A DNA stretch of 64,000 nt, from contig CAVYSY010000025.1 of NCBI GenBank assembly GCA_963771175.1, forward strand, positions 32,001-96,000, read 5' to 3'. Position 1 is the stretch's first letter, and each line of letters opens with the position of its first letter. Origin of the DNA: an uncultured delta proteobacterium (lineage in GTDB: Bacteria; Myxococcota; Myxococcia; Myxococcales; Myxococcaceae). The position numbers and the translations under genes are program-made. The notes beneath the pieces were generated by a model. That model ran no database searches and was not told the DNA's origin. It was given only the letters and a program-made list of their open reading frames with translations. This document shows, one piece after another, positions 20,139 to 29,101 of the stretch.

Positions 20139-21737
20139 TCACCCGGCATCGAGCCATGCCAGGGACACCTCCTGGGCTCCCGGCTCGAGGTAGACGACGT
20201 CGCCTTCCGAGTCGATGGCGAGGTCGGCGATGGGCGCGTAGGCGCCGCGCGAGGCATCCGGCAGGGGAACCACCTGACCGCGCCGGCGCAGGGTGCGCTT
20301 CACCTCCACCCCACCTGCTCCCGAATGGCTGGCGGCAATCACCAGCTCGATCCACGTGCCGATCCGCCGGGCCGAGACGCGGGCCTTGTCTGGGATTGTG
20401 AAGCTCTCGCCCTCCACCTCCACGAGCCGGCTCCCCGCGGGACCTTCCTTCCAGCGCAGCACTTGCTGCTTCGAGAGGTCCACGCTCTTGCGCGGCCGCT
20501 GCAGCTTTCCGTTGACCAGCTCGGCGATGACCTTCTGCTCGCCATCCCGTGAAGTAACAGAGAGCAGGCCGTCATCGAGGGAGAGCGCACCCATCAAGCC
20601 CTCGCGCGGGAGGTCGAGCGTGCGGAGCAGTTGCCCTCCGGGGCGGTAGAGACGGAGCTGATGCCGGGAGCCATCCATGACGATGATGTCGCCCTGGCGG
20701 GTGAAGCCCAGGCCATCGGCGAGCCCGGCCTCGAAGGCACCGCGCGGGCCCTCCCGGCCGAGGACCAGGACCCGACGACGGACCCGGTCATAGAGGGCAA
20801 CCTCCCCCTTGGGACCCGCCACCAGGTAGTCAGGACCCACGGCCTGCGCGTCCTCCGACATGGGCTCGAAGCCCACGTCGACACCGTAGCGAAGCGAGAG
20901 TCGAGTAACGGCCGGCATGCTGGTCGTGGTGGTGGCCGAGGCAAGGACCACCTGGGGCGAAGCACCGGCCGGGGGAGGAGCCGAGACCGTGGCGACCGGG
21001 GGTGGAGCGCTGGCAACCGGGGGCGGAGCGCTGGCAACCGGGGCTGGGAGAGGAGGCGCTTCCGGAGCCGGATCCGGCCTGGCGGGGGTGCTCGCGGATG
21101 CGACCGCGGGCGGGTCCTCGATGCCCGGGTACCGGATGGGCACATAGCCGGCGAGATACGACCAGCTCGGAGTCGCCATCCGCACGCGCGAGGCGCTTCC
21201 GGACGCCTCGTAGATGATTGGCTTGCCGTCGGCGCTGGTCCCAGCGAAGAGCACGACGTGGCTGCCCGCCTTGTTGAGTGCATCGCCGGGACGTAGCTCC
21301 TCGAGCGAGATGGAGCGGGTCACGGTGCCGAGGGTGGACGTGGATTGACGCTTCTCGAGCCGCCAGACCTGCGAGATGAAGCCCGAGCAGTCGACCCCCG
21401 CGACACACGTCAGGATGCCGTCACGGCTGTGGCTGCCAGCGCCCTGCCCCGCGCTGAGGCGTCGACCGAACTCGGCCAGGTCCATCGAGCCTCCCCAGGC
21501 ATAGGGGACACCGACCTGTTTGCCGGGTGCGTGATCGCTGCGGTACTCCCCCTGGCAGGTCCCCTTCTGGTTCGCGGTGCGCATCTCCCAGGCGTGCTCC
21601 GCGAACCGGGCGGCGTCCGCCATCACCTCCTCGCGGCTCCGGGCCCGCGCGGTCACGGGCAGGAGTTGGAGCGAGGCAAGGAGCAGCAGCAAGGACCTCC
21701 GTGGGCTGCGACAAATGGATGCAATCTGTGGGTGCAA
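20139..21737 (-). CDS. Secreted protein: NlpC/P60-like domain, Pro-rich linker, beta-propeller-like C-terminus
   Basis: Signal peptide; GVPYAWGG, GVDCSGFISQVW, LRPGDALNKAGSHVVLF; PVASAPP repeats. TTG start inferred. Confidence 0.75.
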   Translation of the reverse strand: MHPQIASICRSPRRSLLLLLASLQLLPVTARARSREEVMADAARFAEHAWEMRTANQKGTCQGEYRSDHAPGKQVGVPYAWGGSMDLAEFGRRLSAGQGAGSHSRDGILTCVAGVDCSGFISQVWRLEKRQSTSTLGTVTRSISLEELRPGDALNKAGSHVVLFAGTSADGKPIIYEASGSASRVRMATPSWSYLAGYVPIRYPGIEDPPAVASASTPARPDPAPEAPPLPAPVASAPPPVASAPPPVATVSAPPPAGASPQVVLASATTTTSMPAVTRLSLRYGVDVGFEPMSEDAQAVGPDYLVAGPKGEVALYDRVRRRVLVLGREGPRGAFEAGLADGLGFTRQGDIIVMDGSRHQLRLYRPGGQLLRTLDLPREGLMGALSLDDGLLSVTSRDGEQKVIAELVNGKLQRPRKSVDLSKQQVLRWKEGPAGSRLVEVEGESFTIPDKARVSARRIGTWIELVIAASHSGAGGVEVKRTLRRRGQVVPLPDASRGAYAPIADLAIDSEGDVVYLEPGAQEVSLAWLDAG

Positions 21738-21751
21738 GGCTTTTCTCCCGC

Positions 21752-22690
21752 TCAGAACGTCCAGGTGTAGCCGCTGCTGACGGCGACGCTCGCCTCGCCG
21801 CCGCCACCCACGCACACGACGATGCCCGCGAGCTTGAAGTCCATCGACAGCCACTCCTTCTCCGACTTCGGCATGGAGAAGATGATCTGGATGCCCCCTC
21901 CCACTTCGGTCTCGAACTCGAGGCCCACCGCGAGGTAGGGGCCCTCGAGCTTCTTCGGCTCGTCGAACCACACGCCGATCTGCAGGGTCCCGGACCCGCC
22001 GACCGAGCCGACGACCCCGCCCATGCCGAAGAATCCCTGGATCTTCGAGGCGTCCGGGAGCCCGAAGGCGAAGCCATAGCAGCCCTCGCCGCCAGCGCCG
22101 TAGGCCAGGCTTCCTCCGAAGCCGAAGGACATGGCGCCGAAGCCCTCCTTCTTGGCCTTCTCGTTGGACTGCTTCATGTCCTGGCTCTTCGCCAGGGACT
22201 TGACTGTCTTGTCGGACTCGGAGTCCTGCTTCTTGCTGGCCGCGTGCTTGAACAATCTCTCGAGTTCATTGCGGCTGCGGGGGTCCTCCAGCAACCCGTG
22301 CCCGGCCTTGCACAGGCTCTCGATCAGCGCGAGGTGGTCACGATAGATGCCCTCCGCCACCTTGACCGCGATCTCGGTCAGGGCATCGGTCAGCCAGCGC
22401 TCCGAAAGCTCGACGACCTCGTTCCAGGCCGACTCCCCCGCCTCCAGCGCATCGCGATAGGCCTTTTCGGCGACATGGCCCAGATCGTCGGAGATCTTCT
22501 CGAACTCGCGCGTCAGGTCGGTGGTGCCACGCTCCACCTCGTGCGCCACCGTGTTGGCCGCGCCCGTGACCGCGTTCGCCGTCTTGTTGGCGGCGTCCTT
22601 GGTGGTATCGGCCACCTTGTTCACCGCCTTCTTCGTGGACTTCTTGACCTTCTTGACGGTCTTCTTGAACGCCTTCGTAAAGCTCGACAT
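21752..22690 (-). CDS. Hypothetical protein: Lys-rich amphipathic N-terminus, helical middle, Gly-rich beta-strand C-terminus
   Basis: Clean 312-aa ORF with GAGG RBS and GC3 bias. Confidence 0.8.
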   Translation of the reverse strand: MSSFTKAFKKTVKKVKKSTKKAVNKVADTTKDAANKTANAVTGAANTVAHEVERGTTDLTREFEKISDDLGHVAEKAYRDALEAGESAWNEVVELSERWLTDALTEIAVKVAEGIYRDHLALIESLCKAGHGLLEDPRSRNELERLFKHAASKKQDSESDKTVKSLAKSQDMKQSNEKAKKEGFGAMSFGFGGSLAYGAGGEGCYGFAFGLPDASKIQGFFGMGGVVGSVGGSGTLQIGVWFDEPKKLEGPYLAVGLEFETEVGGGIQIIFSMPKSEKEWLSMDFKLAGIVVCVGGGGEASVAVSSGYTWTF

Positions 22691-22841
22691 CGCAGCACCT
22701 CGTTGGCTGAACCACTCACCATCGATTCACGGCGCCACCCCACGGGTGACCGCGTCGACTTGCCAGCCAAGGTCGCACGGAGTTGTTGAGGGAGTGTGGA
22801 GGCGCTCCCTTCCACTCGGGTGTTCGATACCCACCAGAGCA

Positions 22842-23936
22842 TCACCGCCCGGTGGATGCCTCCCGCTCCTGGTCGAGCAGCCACGAGGCGATGGCCCGCT
22901 CGCACTGCTCGTGGCGGTCGAGGAAGGCGAAGTGCCCGCTGTCGACCTCGACATAGGTGGCGAGGCGACCCGCGCGGCGAGCGACCTCTCGCATCAGGCG
23001 CGCGGGCATCATGGAGTCGTGCTTCCCCTCGACCAGGAGCACGGGGACGCGAGGGAGTGACACCTTCGACGAGGCCCCCGAGAGCAGCACGAGCCCGCGG
23101 AGCTCCAGTCCAGGATGCGCCGCCCGCCCGGCCAGCACGCTCACGCCCACCCCTCCATTGGAGAGGCCCCCGAGGTACACCCGCCGGACTCCGCGCCGCG
23201 CGAGCCATGCGAAGGTGCGCTCCAGCGTCTCCTCGCCGTGCTTCGACCACCAGTCCCCCGAGGGCCCCACCGACGGGCAGACGGTGAGCGCCGAGATGGC
23301 TCGGGCCGCGCGCGACATCTGCCAGCAGTACACGGCGAAGTTGCCGGCATAGCCATGGAGCATCACGACGGCGACCTCGGGCGAGGCCGTGCCCTCGGGA
23401 GGGATGACGACGGCATCGAAGGCCTCGGGCGACTGGAGCCCGAGCCACGTCGCGATGGCGGGCGTGGCCACCGGGCCCTCCGCATCGCGAAGCCGGTCGA
23501 AGGCCCCCTCGAGCGCGGGGATGAACTCGCGCGCATCCGAGCGGGGAATCCGGCCCGAGAACAGGAGGGCATGTGCCGCGAGGAGCGTCCCATCCCGCTC
23601 ATCAACGAGGCGGTTCGTGAGCCTCCTGCCCTCGTCTGGCAGCCGCAGGGTGTGCAGGCCGTTCCCCTCCACGAAGAGGAGCCGCGCACTGGCGACGAGG
23701 AGCAGGAGGCCAAGCCCCACCCGCGTCAGGCCTCGGCGCCTCCGCCAGCGTTTCGTGAGCAGCCCGGCCGAGGTGATGGCGGCACCCACGGCATACCCCC
23801 ATCCCGACGCCGACGCTCCGATGACGCCTGCCGCCACGACCAGGAAGGCGGCGACGGGGCTGGTGACGAGGCCGAGCCAGAAGGCACGCCACGAGGCCAC
23901 GGACGGAGATGGGTTCCGACCTGTTGCTGAATCCAT
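22842..23936 (-). CDS. Membrane-anchored alpha/beta hydrolase
   Basis: N-terminal TM helices, LHGYAGN, GLSNG, DSM, GHFAF. Confidence 0.8.
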   Translation of the reverse strand: MDSATGRNPSPSVASWRAFWLGLVTSPVAAFLVVAAGVIGASASGWGYAVGAAITSAGLLTKRWRRRRGLTRVGLGLLLLVASARLLFVEGNGLHTLRLPDEGRRLTNRLVDERDGTLLAAHALLFSGRIPRSDAREFIPALEGAFDRLRDAEGPVATPAIATWLGLQSPEAFDAVVIPPEGTASPEVAVVMLHGYAGNFAVYCWQMSRAARAISALTVCPSVGPSGDWWSKHGEETLERTFAWLARRGVRRVYLGGLSNGGVGVSVLAGRAAHPGLELRGLVLLSGASSKVSLPRVPVLLVEGKHDSMMPARLMREVARRAGRLATYVEVDSGHFAFLDRHEQCERAIASWLLDQEREASTGR

Positions 23937-24114
23937 GCACCCAGTGTGGAGCGCCCCAGGAGGCAAGAGCTCCCCAGCCGACCGAGCGGTCTGGAGCAGG
24001 CCCCCGTCGGTCGCACCGCGCCCCTGGATGGCCAGCCCGGTCAGGAAATTCGCGCGTCCCGCGTCAAATACCTCATGAGGACGAGGCGCTCGGTTGCTCC
24101 TCCCTCTGAGATAT

Positions 24115-24185
24115 AGGCCGGTCGTTCAGTGGAAGGACCGCGGTCTCCAAAACCGCTGACGGGGGTTCGATTCCCTCTCGGCCTG
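24115..24185 (+). tRNA. tRNA-Trp(CCA)
   Basis: Cloverleaf: AGGCCGG/TCGGCCT acceptor, GCGGT-CTCCAAA-ACCGC anticodon arm, TTCGATT T-loop, G73; CCA end not encoded. Confidence 0.9.
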
Positions 24186-24190
24186 TTGAC

Positions 24191-24261
24191 AGGGACGTAG
24201 CTCAAAGGAAGAGCACCTGCCTGATAAGCGGGAGACAGCAGTTCGAGTCTGCTCGTCCCTA
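24191..24261 (+). tRNA. tRNA-Ile(GAT)
   Basis: AGGGACG/CGTCCCT acceptor, CCTGC-CTGATAA-GCGGG anticodon arm, TTCGAGT T-loop. Confidence 0.9.
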
Positions 24262-24270
24262 TTCACAGAC

Positions 24271-24341
24271 ACGCGAGTCGCTCAACAGCAGAGCACCGGT
24301 TTGACATACCGGAGATCAGGGTGCGACTCCCTGCTCGCGTA
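24271..24341 (+). tRNA. tRNA-Val(GAC), non-canonical
   Basis: ACGCGAG/CTCGCGT acceptor, CCGGT-TTGACAT-ACCGG anticodon arm; T-loop TGCGACT; D-loop AACAGCA lacks GG. Confidence 0.85.
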
Positions 24342-24345
24342 ATTC

Positions 24346-24416
24346 GGGGTCATCGTCCAACAGGAAGATGCCGCCATCGCAAGGCGGAGATCCGGGTGCG
24401 ACTCCCGGTGACTCCA
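24346..24416 (+). tRNA. tRNA-Ala(CGC), non-canonical
   Basis: GGGGTCA/TGACTCC acceptor with G3:U70, CCGCC-ATCGCAA-GGCGG (A32); T-loop TGCGACT. Confidence 0.85.
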
Positions 24417-24427
24417 CTCTTCATCTC

Positions 24428-24496
24428 GGGCTGACCGCTGGGGCGGAGCCGGACCTTGCACGTCTGGCCTGTCGGGTTCGATTCCCGGTCGGTCCA
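24428..24496 (+). tRNA. Atypical short tRNA-Ala(TGC)-like RNA
   Basis: GGGCTGA/TCGGTCC acceptor with G3:U70, anticodon loop CTTGCAC, canonical TTCGATT T-arm, reduced D-arm; 69 nt. Confidence 0.7.
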
Positions 24497-24505
24497 CTCC
24501 CTCCC

Positions 24506-25945
24506 TCACCAGGCCCAGAAGGCCAGCAGGGCTCCCGCGACGGTGGCCACCACGTTGACGGTGTCGTTGCCCAACCAGGAGAAGCCTCGGTGCGACCGGG
24601 TAGGCCGGCCACAGCGGTGAATTCTGCGCTCGGTCTCCCGGCCGCAGGTGTCGCACCACCGCACGTCCTGCACCGTGGCGCCCAGGAGGCTGTCGATCAG
24701 CGAGCCCACCACTCCGGCCAGGATGAGCCAGGGCACGAGCGACCACCGGGCCCCCGCGAGCGCGGCCGCCAGTCCCACGAAGGTGGCGCCCGCGGTGGCC
24801 GCCAGCAGCCCCACTCCAGAGACAGCCCCGGACGTGCCCGGCGCCACCGGTCGCAGCGTGGTGAGCAGCCTCGGGGGCGAGCGGGAGAGAACGCCCAACT
24901 CCGTGGCCCACGTGTCCGCGTTGGCGGCGACCAGGGCGCCCAGCATGGCCAGGGCGTAGCGCTCGTCTCCGGTGACGCCCAGCAGCACCGCCGCCAGCCC
25001 CGCCACGCCCCCATTCGCCAGTGCCTGCCCCAGGTCGCGCGTCCCCGTCTTGGCGTACTCCTCCTCCACGCCGGCCTTCCGGGCGCGGAAGGACTTGGAG
25101 AGCACGCTGGAGGAGATGAAGAAACCGAGCAGTGCCGCGGCCCCCACCGCACCCGCCAGCCCGAAGACGGGCGTGCCGATGAGGATGGCGCCCAGCACAC
25201 CGCTCGGGGTGAGTGAGCCCCGGGCCCAGGACGCCACGCCGATGAGGAGGGCCACTCCCGCGCCCACGCCCAGGCCCGCGGCGTGCGCGGGCGGGACGAG
25301 GAAGAGGACGGCCCCGGCGGCCAGCGGCACCCAGAGGTTGTCCCGGCCCCGGGTGCCGAGTGCCTCGGCGCAGGTGGCCACCACGGCGCACAGCAGGGCC
25401 AGTGGCACCTTCGGCATGTCCGGGGCGAGGCCCGGCATCCACGTCAGCGTGGCCAGCACGGCCACGAAGGTGCCCGCCAACATGGCCAGCGAGCCCTCCA
25501 GGCTCTTGCGCTCGCCGCCGAGCGTCTCGTACGGGTGGCGCCCGAAGCGCCGGCCCACCAGCGAGGCCAGGGCATCCCCCACCGCCATGGCCATGACACC
25601 GCCCGCCGCGGCCGCGGGCTTGTCCCACGCAAGCCACACCAGCAACGAGAAGGACACCGGGAACCAGACCGTGCCCAGGTTGTCGGGCTCGGCCTCCACG
25701 GACTTCAACAGGCGCTTGCGGTGGATGAGCCAGTTGCCCGCCACCGCCGTCACCGACGGCACCACGGCCAGCGCAGGGTTCCGGAAGAGCAGCAGCGTGC
25801 CGAAGATCCAGAAGCCCACGCTCACGTGGACGAGCTTGCGTGCGAGCTCTCGCGACAGGCCCGCGCGCAGGGCCAGCTCACCCGCGACCACGCAGACCCC
25901 GATATACCCATAGGACCAGAGGAGTGCCTGAACGTCCTGACTCAT
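24506..25945 (-). CDS. Phytol/dolichol-kinase-like domain fused to a DUF92 membrane domain
   Basis: RKLVHV, GDALASLVGRRFG..KSLEGS, DNLWVP; then QALANGG, ANADTWATELG, GTSGAVS, DSLLGATVQ, NDTVN. Confidence 0.9.
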   Translation of the reverse strand: MSQDVQALLWSYGYIGVCVVAGELALRAGLSRELARKLVHVSVGFWIFGTLLLFRNPALAVVPSVTAVAGNWLIHRKRLLKSVEAEPDNLGTVWFPVSFSLLVWLAWDKPAAAAGGVMAMAVGDALASLVGRRFGRHPYETLGGERKSLEGSLAMLAGTFVAVLATLTWMPGLAPDMPKVPLALLCAVVATCAEALGTRGRDNLWVPLAAGAVLFLVPPAHAAGLGVGAGVALLIGVASWARGSLTPSGVLGAILIGTPVFGLAGAVGAAALLGFFISSSVLSKSFRARKAGVEEEYAKTGTRDLGQALANGGVAGLAAVLLGVTGDERYALAMLGALVAANADTWATELGVLSRSPPRLLTTLRPVAPGTSGAVSGVGLLAATAGATFVGLAAALAGARWSLVPWLILAGVVGSLIDSLLGATVQDVRWCDTCGRETERRIHRCGRPTRSHRGFSWLGNDTVNVVATVAGALLAFWAW

Positions 25946-25964
25946 GGACCCGAGTGTACCCTGC

Positions 25965-26954
25965 CTATTTCGAGGTCTCCGGGTAACAGCCCGCCAGCCG
26001 GGCTCGCTCGCGCACCAGCACCAGCACCAGCTCGCAGGTCGGCATCGGCTTCCCGACGAGGTGGCCGAGCTCCACCACCGCACCCAGCAGCGCGTCGATC
26101 TCCATCGGCCGGCCGCGCTCGAGGTCCTGCAGCATCGAGGTCTTGTGCGCGCCGACCTCCGCCGCCCCTTGGATGCGCTTGTCGACGTCGATCGGGAAGC
26201 GCACGCCGAGCGCCTCGGCGACGACCTGGGCCTCCACCATCATCGCGCGCGCAACCGCCCGCAGGTCGTCCCTCCCCGCGAGCCGCTCGAGCGTCGCGCC
26301 CGTCAGCGCCGAGAGCGGATTGAAGGCGAGGTTGCCCCAGAGCTTGACCCAGATCTCGTCGCGGATGCGCGCCCGGACCGGCGCCTTGAAGCCCGCCGGA
26401 TCACAGGCGCGACAGGGCCTCGATGCGCGGCGCTCTTGCTGCCGTCGGCTCGCCCAGGGAGAAGCGATCGCCATAGGTGTGCTCGATCACGCCGGGCTCG
26501 ACCACCTCGGCCGCCGGATAGACGCACGCGCCGATGACGCGCGATGGCTCCAGGGTCCGGCAGAGCTCGCCGCCCGGATCGACGCTCTCGCACCGGCCGG
26601 TCACGGTAGGGCCCTTCGAGCCCGTGGAAGTACCACCAGGGCACGCCGTTGATGCCGGTGACGAGCGCGGTGTCGGGGCCCAGCAGCGGCGCGATCTGCG
26701 GCGCGGCCGCCGGCAGGGAGTGCGCCTTCAGCGTGACGACGACGTAGTCCTGCGGCCCCGCCTCGGCCGGGTCGTCGGTGCAGCGCGGCCGGACGGTGAC
26801 GCTCTCGCCCCCGCTCCGGAGCGTGAGGCCCCGCTCGCGCATCGCCGCGAGATGCGCCCCGCGCGCGATGAGGGTGACCTCGGCGCCGGCCTGGAGCAGC
26901 CGGACACCGATGAAGCCGCCGATCGCGCCGGCGCCGAAGATGGCCGATCCTCAT
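25965..26954 (-). CDS. 2-dehydropantoate 2-reductase family protein (PanE2/oxalyl-CoA reductase-like), frameshifted
   Basis: GAGAIGG Rossmann motif, [36 protein letters not shown]; pieces lie in several frames. Confidence 0.8.
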
Positions 26955-28487
26955 GCCGTCAGCCCCAGCTTCTCGGCGAGGCCGATGCGCTGCAGCTTGC
27001 CGGTCGCGCCCTTGGGGATCTCGGCCAGGAAGACGATCTTCCGCGGCACCTTGAAGTCGGCCAGGCGCGCGGCGGCGAAGTCGCGGAGCTCCCGCTCGCC
27101 GGCGCTCGTGCCCTCGCGCAGCACCACGGCGGCGGCGACCTCCTCGCCGAGCTTCGCGTGCGGCATGGCGAAGGTGACCGCCTGCGGCACCGCCGGGTGG
27201 TCCATCAGCACCGTCGTCGACCTCGAGCGGGCTGATCTTCTCGCCGCCGCGGTTGATGAGTCTCCTTGAGCCGGCCGGTGAGCCGCAGGTAGCCCGTCCT
27301 CGTCCATCACGCCCTGGTCGCCGGTGCGGAACCAGCCGTCGGTGAAGGCCCTGGCGTTGGCCTCGGGATTGTTCTCGTAGCCGGCCGTGACGTTGCGGCC
27401 GCGGATGACGACCTCGCCCGAGCGCGCCCGCGGGCAGCAGGTTGCCGTCCTCGTCCATGATGGCGACCTCCGGCCCCGCGGCGAGGCCGACCGAGCCCGG
27501 CTTCCGCGGCCGCGGCGGCAGCGGGTTCGAGGCCATCTGGTGCGCCGCCTCGGTCATGCCGTAGCTCTCGATCACCGGCACGCCGAAGACCCGCTCCAGC
27601 TCCTCCATCACCTGCGGCGGCAGCGACGCGGAGGAGGAGCGGATGAAGCGCAGCCGCCCCGCCCGGATGACCTCGGCGTTGCGCGCGGCGCGCGCGAGGA
27701 TCGCCTGGTGCATGGTCGGCACGGCCGTGTACCAGGTCGGCCGCGCCTCCTCGAGCCAGGCAGAAGAAGTGGAGCGCGTTGAAGCCGGGCGTGCAGACCA
27801 CCGCGCCGCCCGCCGCGAGCGACGCCAGCACCGCCGCGATCAGCCCGTGGATGTGGAACAGCGGCATGATGTTGAGGCAGACGATCCGTCGCGCGTCAGC
27901 GCGAGCGTGCGGCCGATGTGGCACGCGGAGGCCGTGACGTTGACGTGGCGCAGCGGCACGATCTTCGGCCGCGAGGTCGTGCCGGAGGTGTGCAGCACGA
28001 GCGCGACGTCCTCGGCCGCGGCGAAGCCAGCTCGGGCCGGCGCGCCAGCGAGCGGCCGCTCCGGCCTCAAGGTGAAGACACCGGCCGGTCCTCCCGGGTC
28101 GGGCATCAGCTCGAGCACCGGAATGCCCCGCGCCGCTGCGACGGCGCGGGCCGGGCTCTCCTCGCCCTCCAGGAGGACGAGCGCCTTGGCGTTCAGGTCG
28201 GTGAGGTAGAACTCGAACTCCTCCGCCCGGTAGGCCGGGTTGAGCGGCGCGGTGGTGGCGCCGCACGCGAGGGAGACGAAGGCCGTCGCCATCTCCGGCC
28301 CGTTGGGCAGCACGATGGCCACCCGGTCGCCGCGCCCGATGCCCATGCCGTTCAGCGCCGCGACGGTGCGCCGGGCGAGGTCCCTCAAGCCGCCATGGGT
28401 GAGGCCGGGCCGTCCCGGAGCTCCGACCGCGAGATCGCCCTCGCGCCCGTGCTCGATGAGTCCCCCGACCGTGTCAGCGAGGTACAT
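26951..28487 (-). CDS. Acyl-CoA synthetase (oxalate--CoA ligase-like), frameshifted
   Basis: [66 protein letters not shown]. Confidence 0.85.
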
Positions 28488-28582
28488 GCTCGAAGCCTCC
28501 ATGCTGGAGGTTCTCCGATATGCGCTCCGAGACCACCGCGCAACCGGCCAGCTCAGCGGCCCACGAAAGAAGCAAGCGCCAG

Positions 28583-28969
28583 CTATTCGGGCACGAGCTG
28601 CACGTTCACCACGCGACCCTCGTAGCCACAACTACAGCAGCCGGTGCGCTCCACTGCGGCCACCTCCTCCACGAGATGGACCGACCGGTAGCCTGGAGCC
28701 TGGATGTCGAGCTCGTAGCGGCCCGGCCCGTTCTGGGAGAGGTAGCAACTGGCGACGTTCCCGTCCGGAGAGCACGAGCCCTGCCCAGCCCCCAGCACCA
28801 CCTCGGGCACGGGTTGTCCGGAAGCACCGCTGACGCGCAGCGAGAGCGCGGGAGGACAGGGGCCGCACAGGACGGCGGCGCATTCATCGTTCTGTGCCCA
28901 GGGCAGGCCACAGGCCGAGAGCGAGAGGACGAACAGCGTGGTGCGGAAGAGCGTCGGGAAACGGTTCAT
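28583..28969 (-). CDS. Small Cys-rich lipoprotein with a carboxypeptidase-regulatory-like fold
   Basis: Lipobox LSA-C; CAAVLCGPC, PGRYELDIQAPGY, GCCSCGY. Confidence 0.7.
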   Translation of the reverse strand: MNRFPTLFRTTLFVLSLSACGLPWAQNDECAAVLCGPCPPALSLRVSGASGQPVPEVVLGAGQGSCSPDGNVASCYLSQNGPGRYELDIQAPGYRSVHLVEEVAAVERTGCCSCGYEGRVVNVQLVPE

Positions 28970-28982
28970 GACGCGTGCAGCG

Positions 28983-28998
28983 AGCAACGTATGTGCCA
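28983..28998 (-). promoter_or_regulatory. sigma54 -24/-12 promoter
   Basis: TGGCACATACGTTGCT matches the consensus TGGCAC-N5-TTGCW. Confidence 0.7.
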
Positions 28999-29101
28999 CG
29001 CCCTGCCCTCTCGGGAGCCCCCCGAGGAGGGCCTCGCGGCTCCCTCGGAAATCCGAGCCGGTGGGGAAAGTCCGAGGGGGTGCGCCTCCGGGTGCCCTCG
29101 C

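Noticed and set aside
20990..21045. 21-bp tandem repeat (PVASAPP), and the Pro/Ala runs at about 58500-58625
   Set aside because: Ordinary low-complexity protein linkers.
24115..24496. Regularly spaced units as a CRISPR array
   Set aside because: The units are tRNA cloverleaves rather than identical repeats with spacers, and no cas genes are in the window.
29055..29085. GGGGAAAGTCCG resembling the RNase P RNA signature GAGGAAAGTCC
   Set aside because: The intergenic space is only ~100 nt and no other RNase P conserved regions are present.
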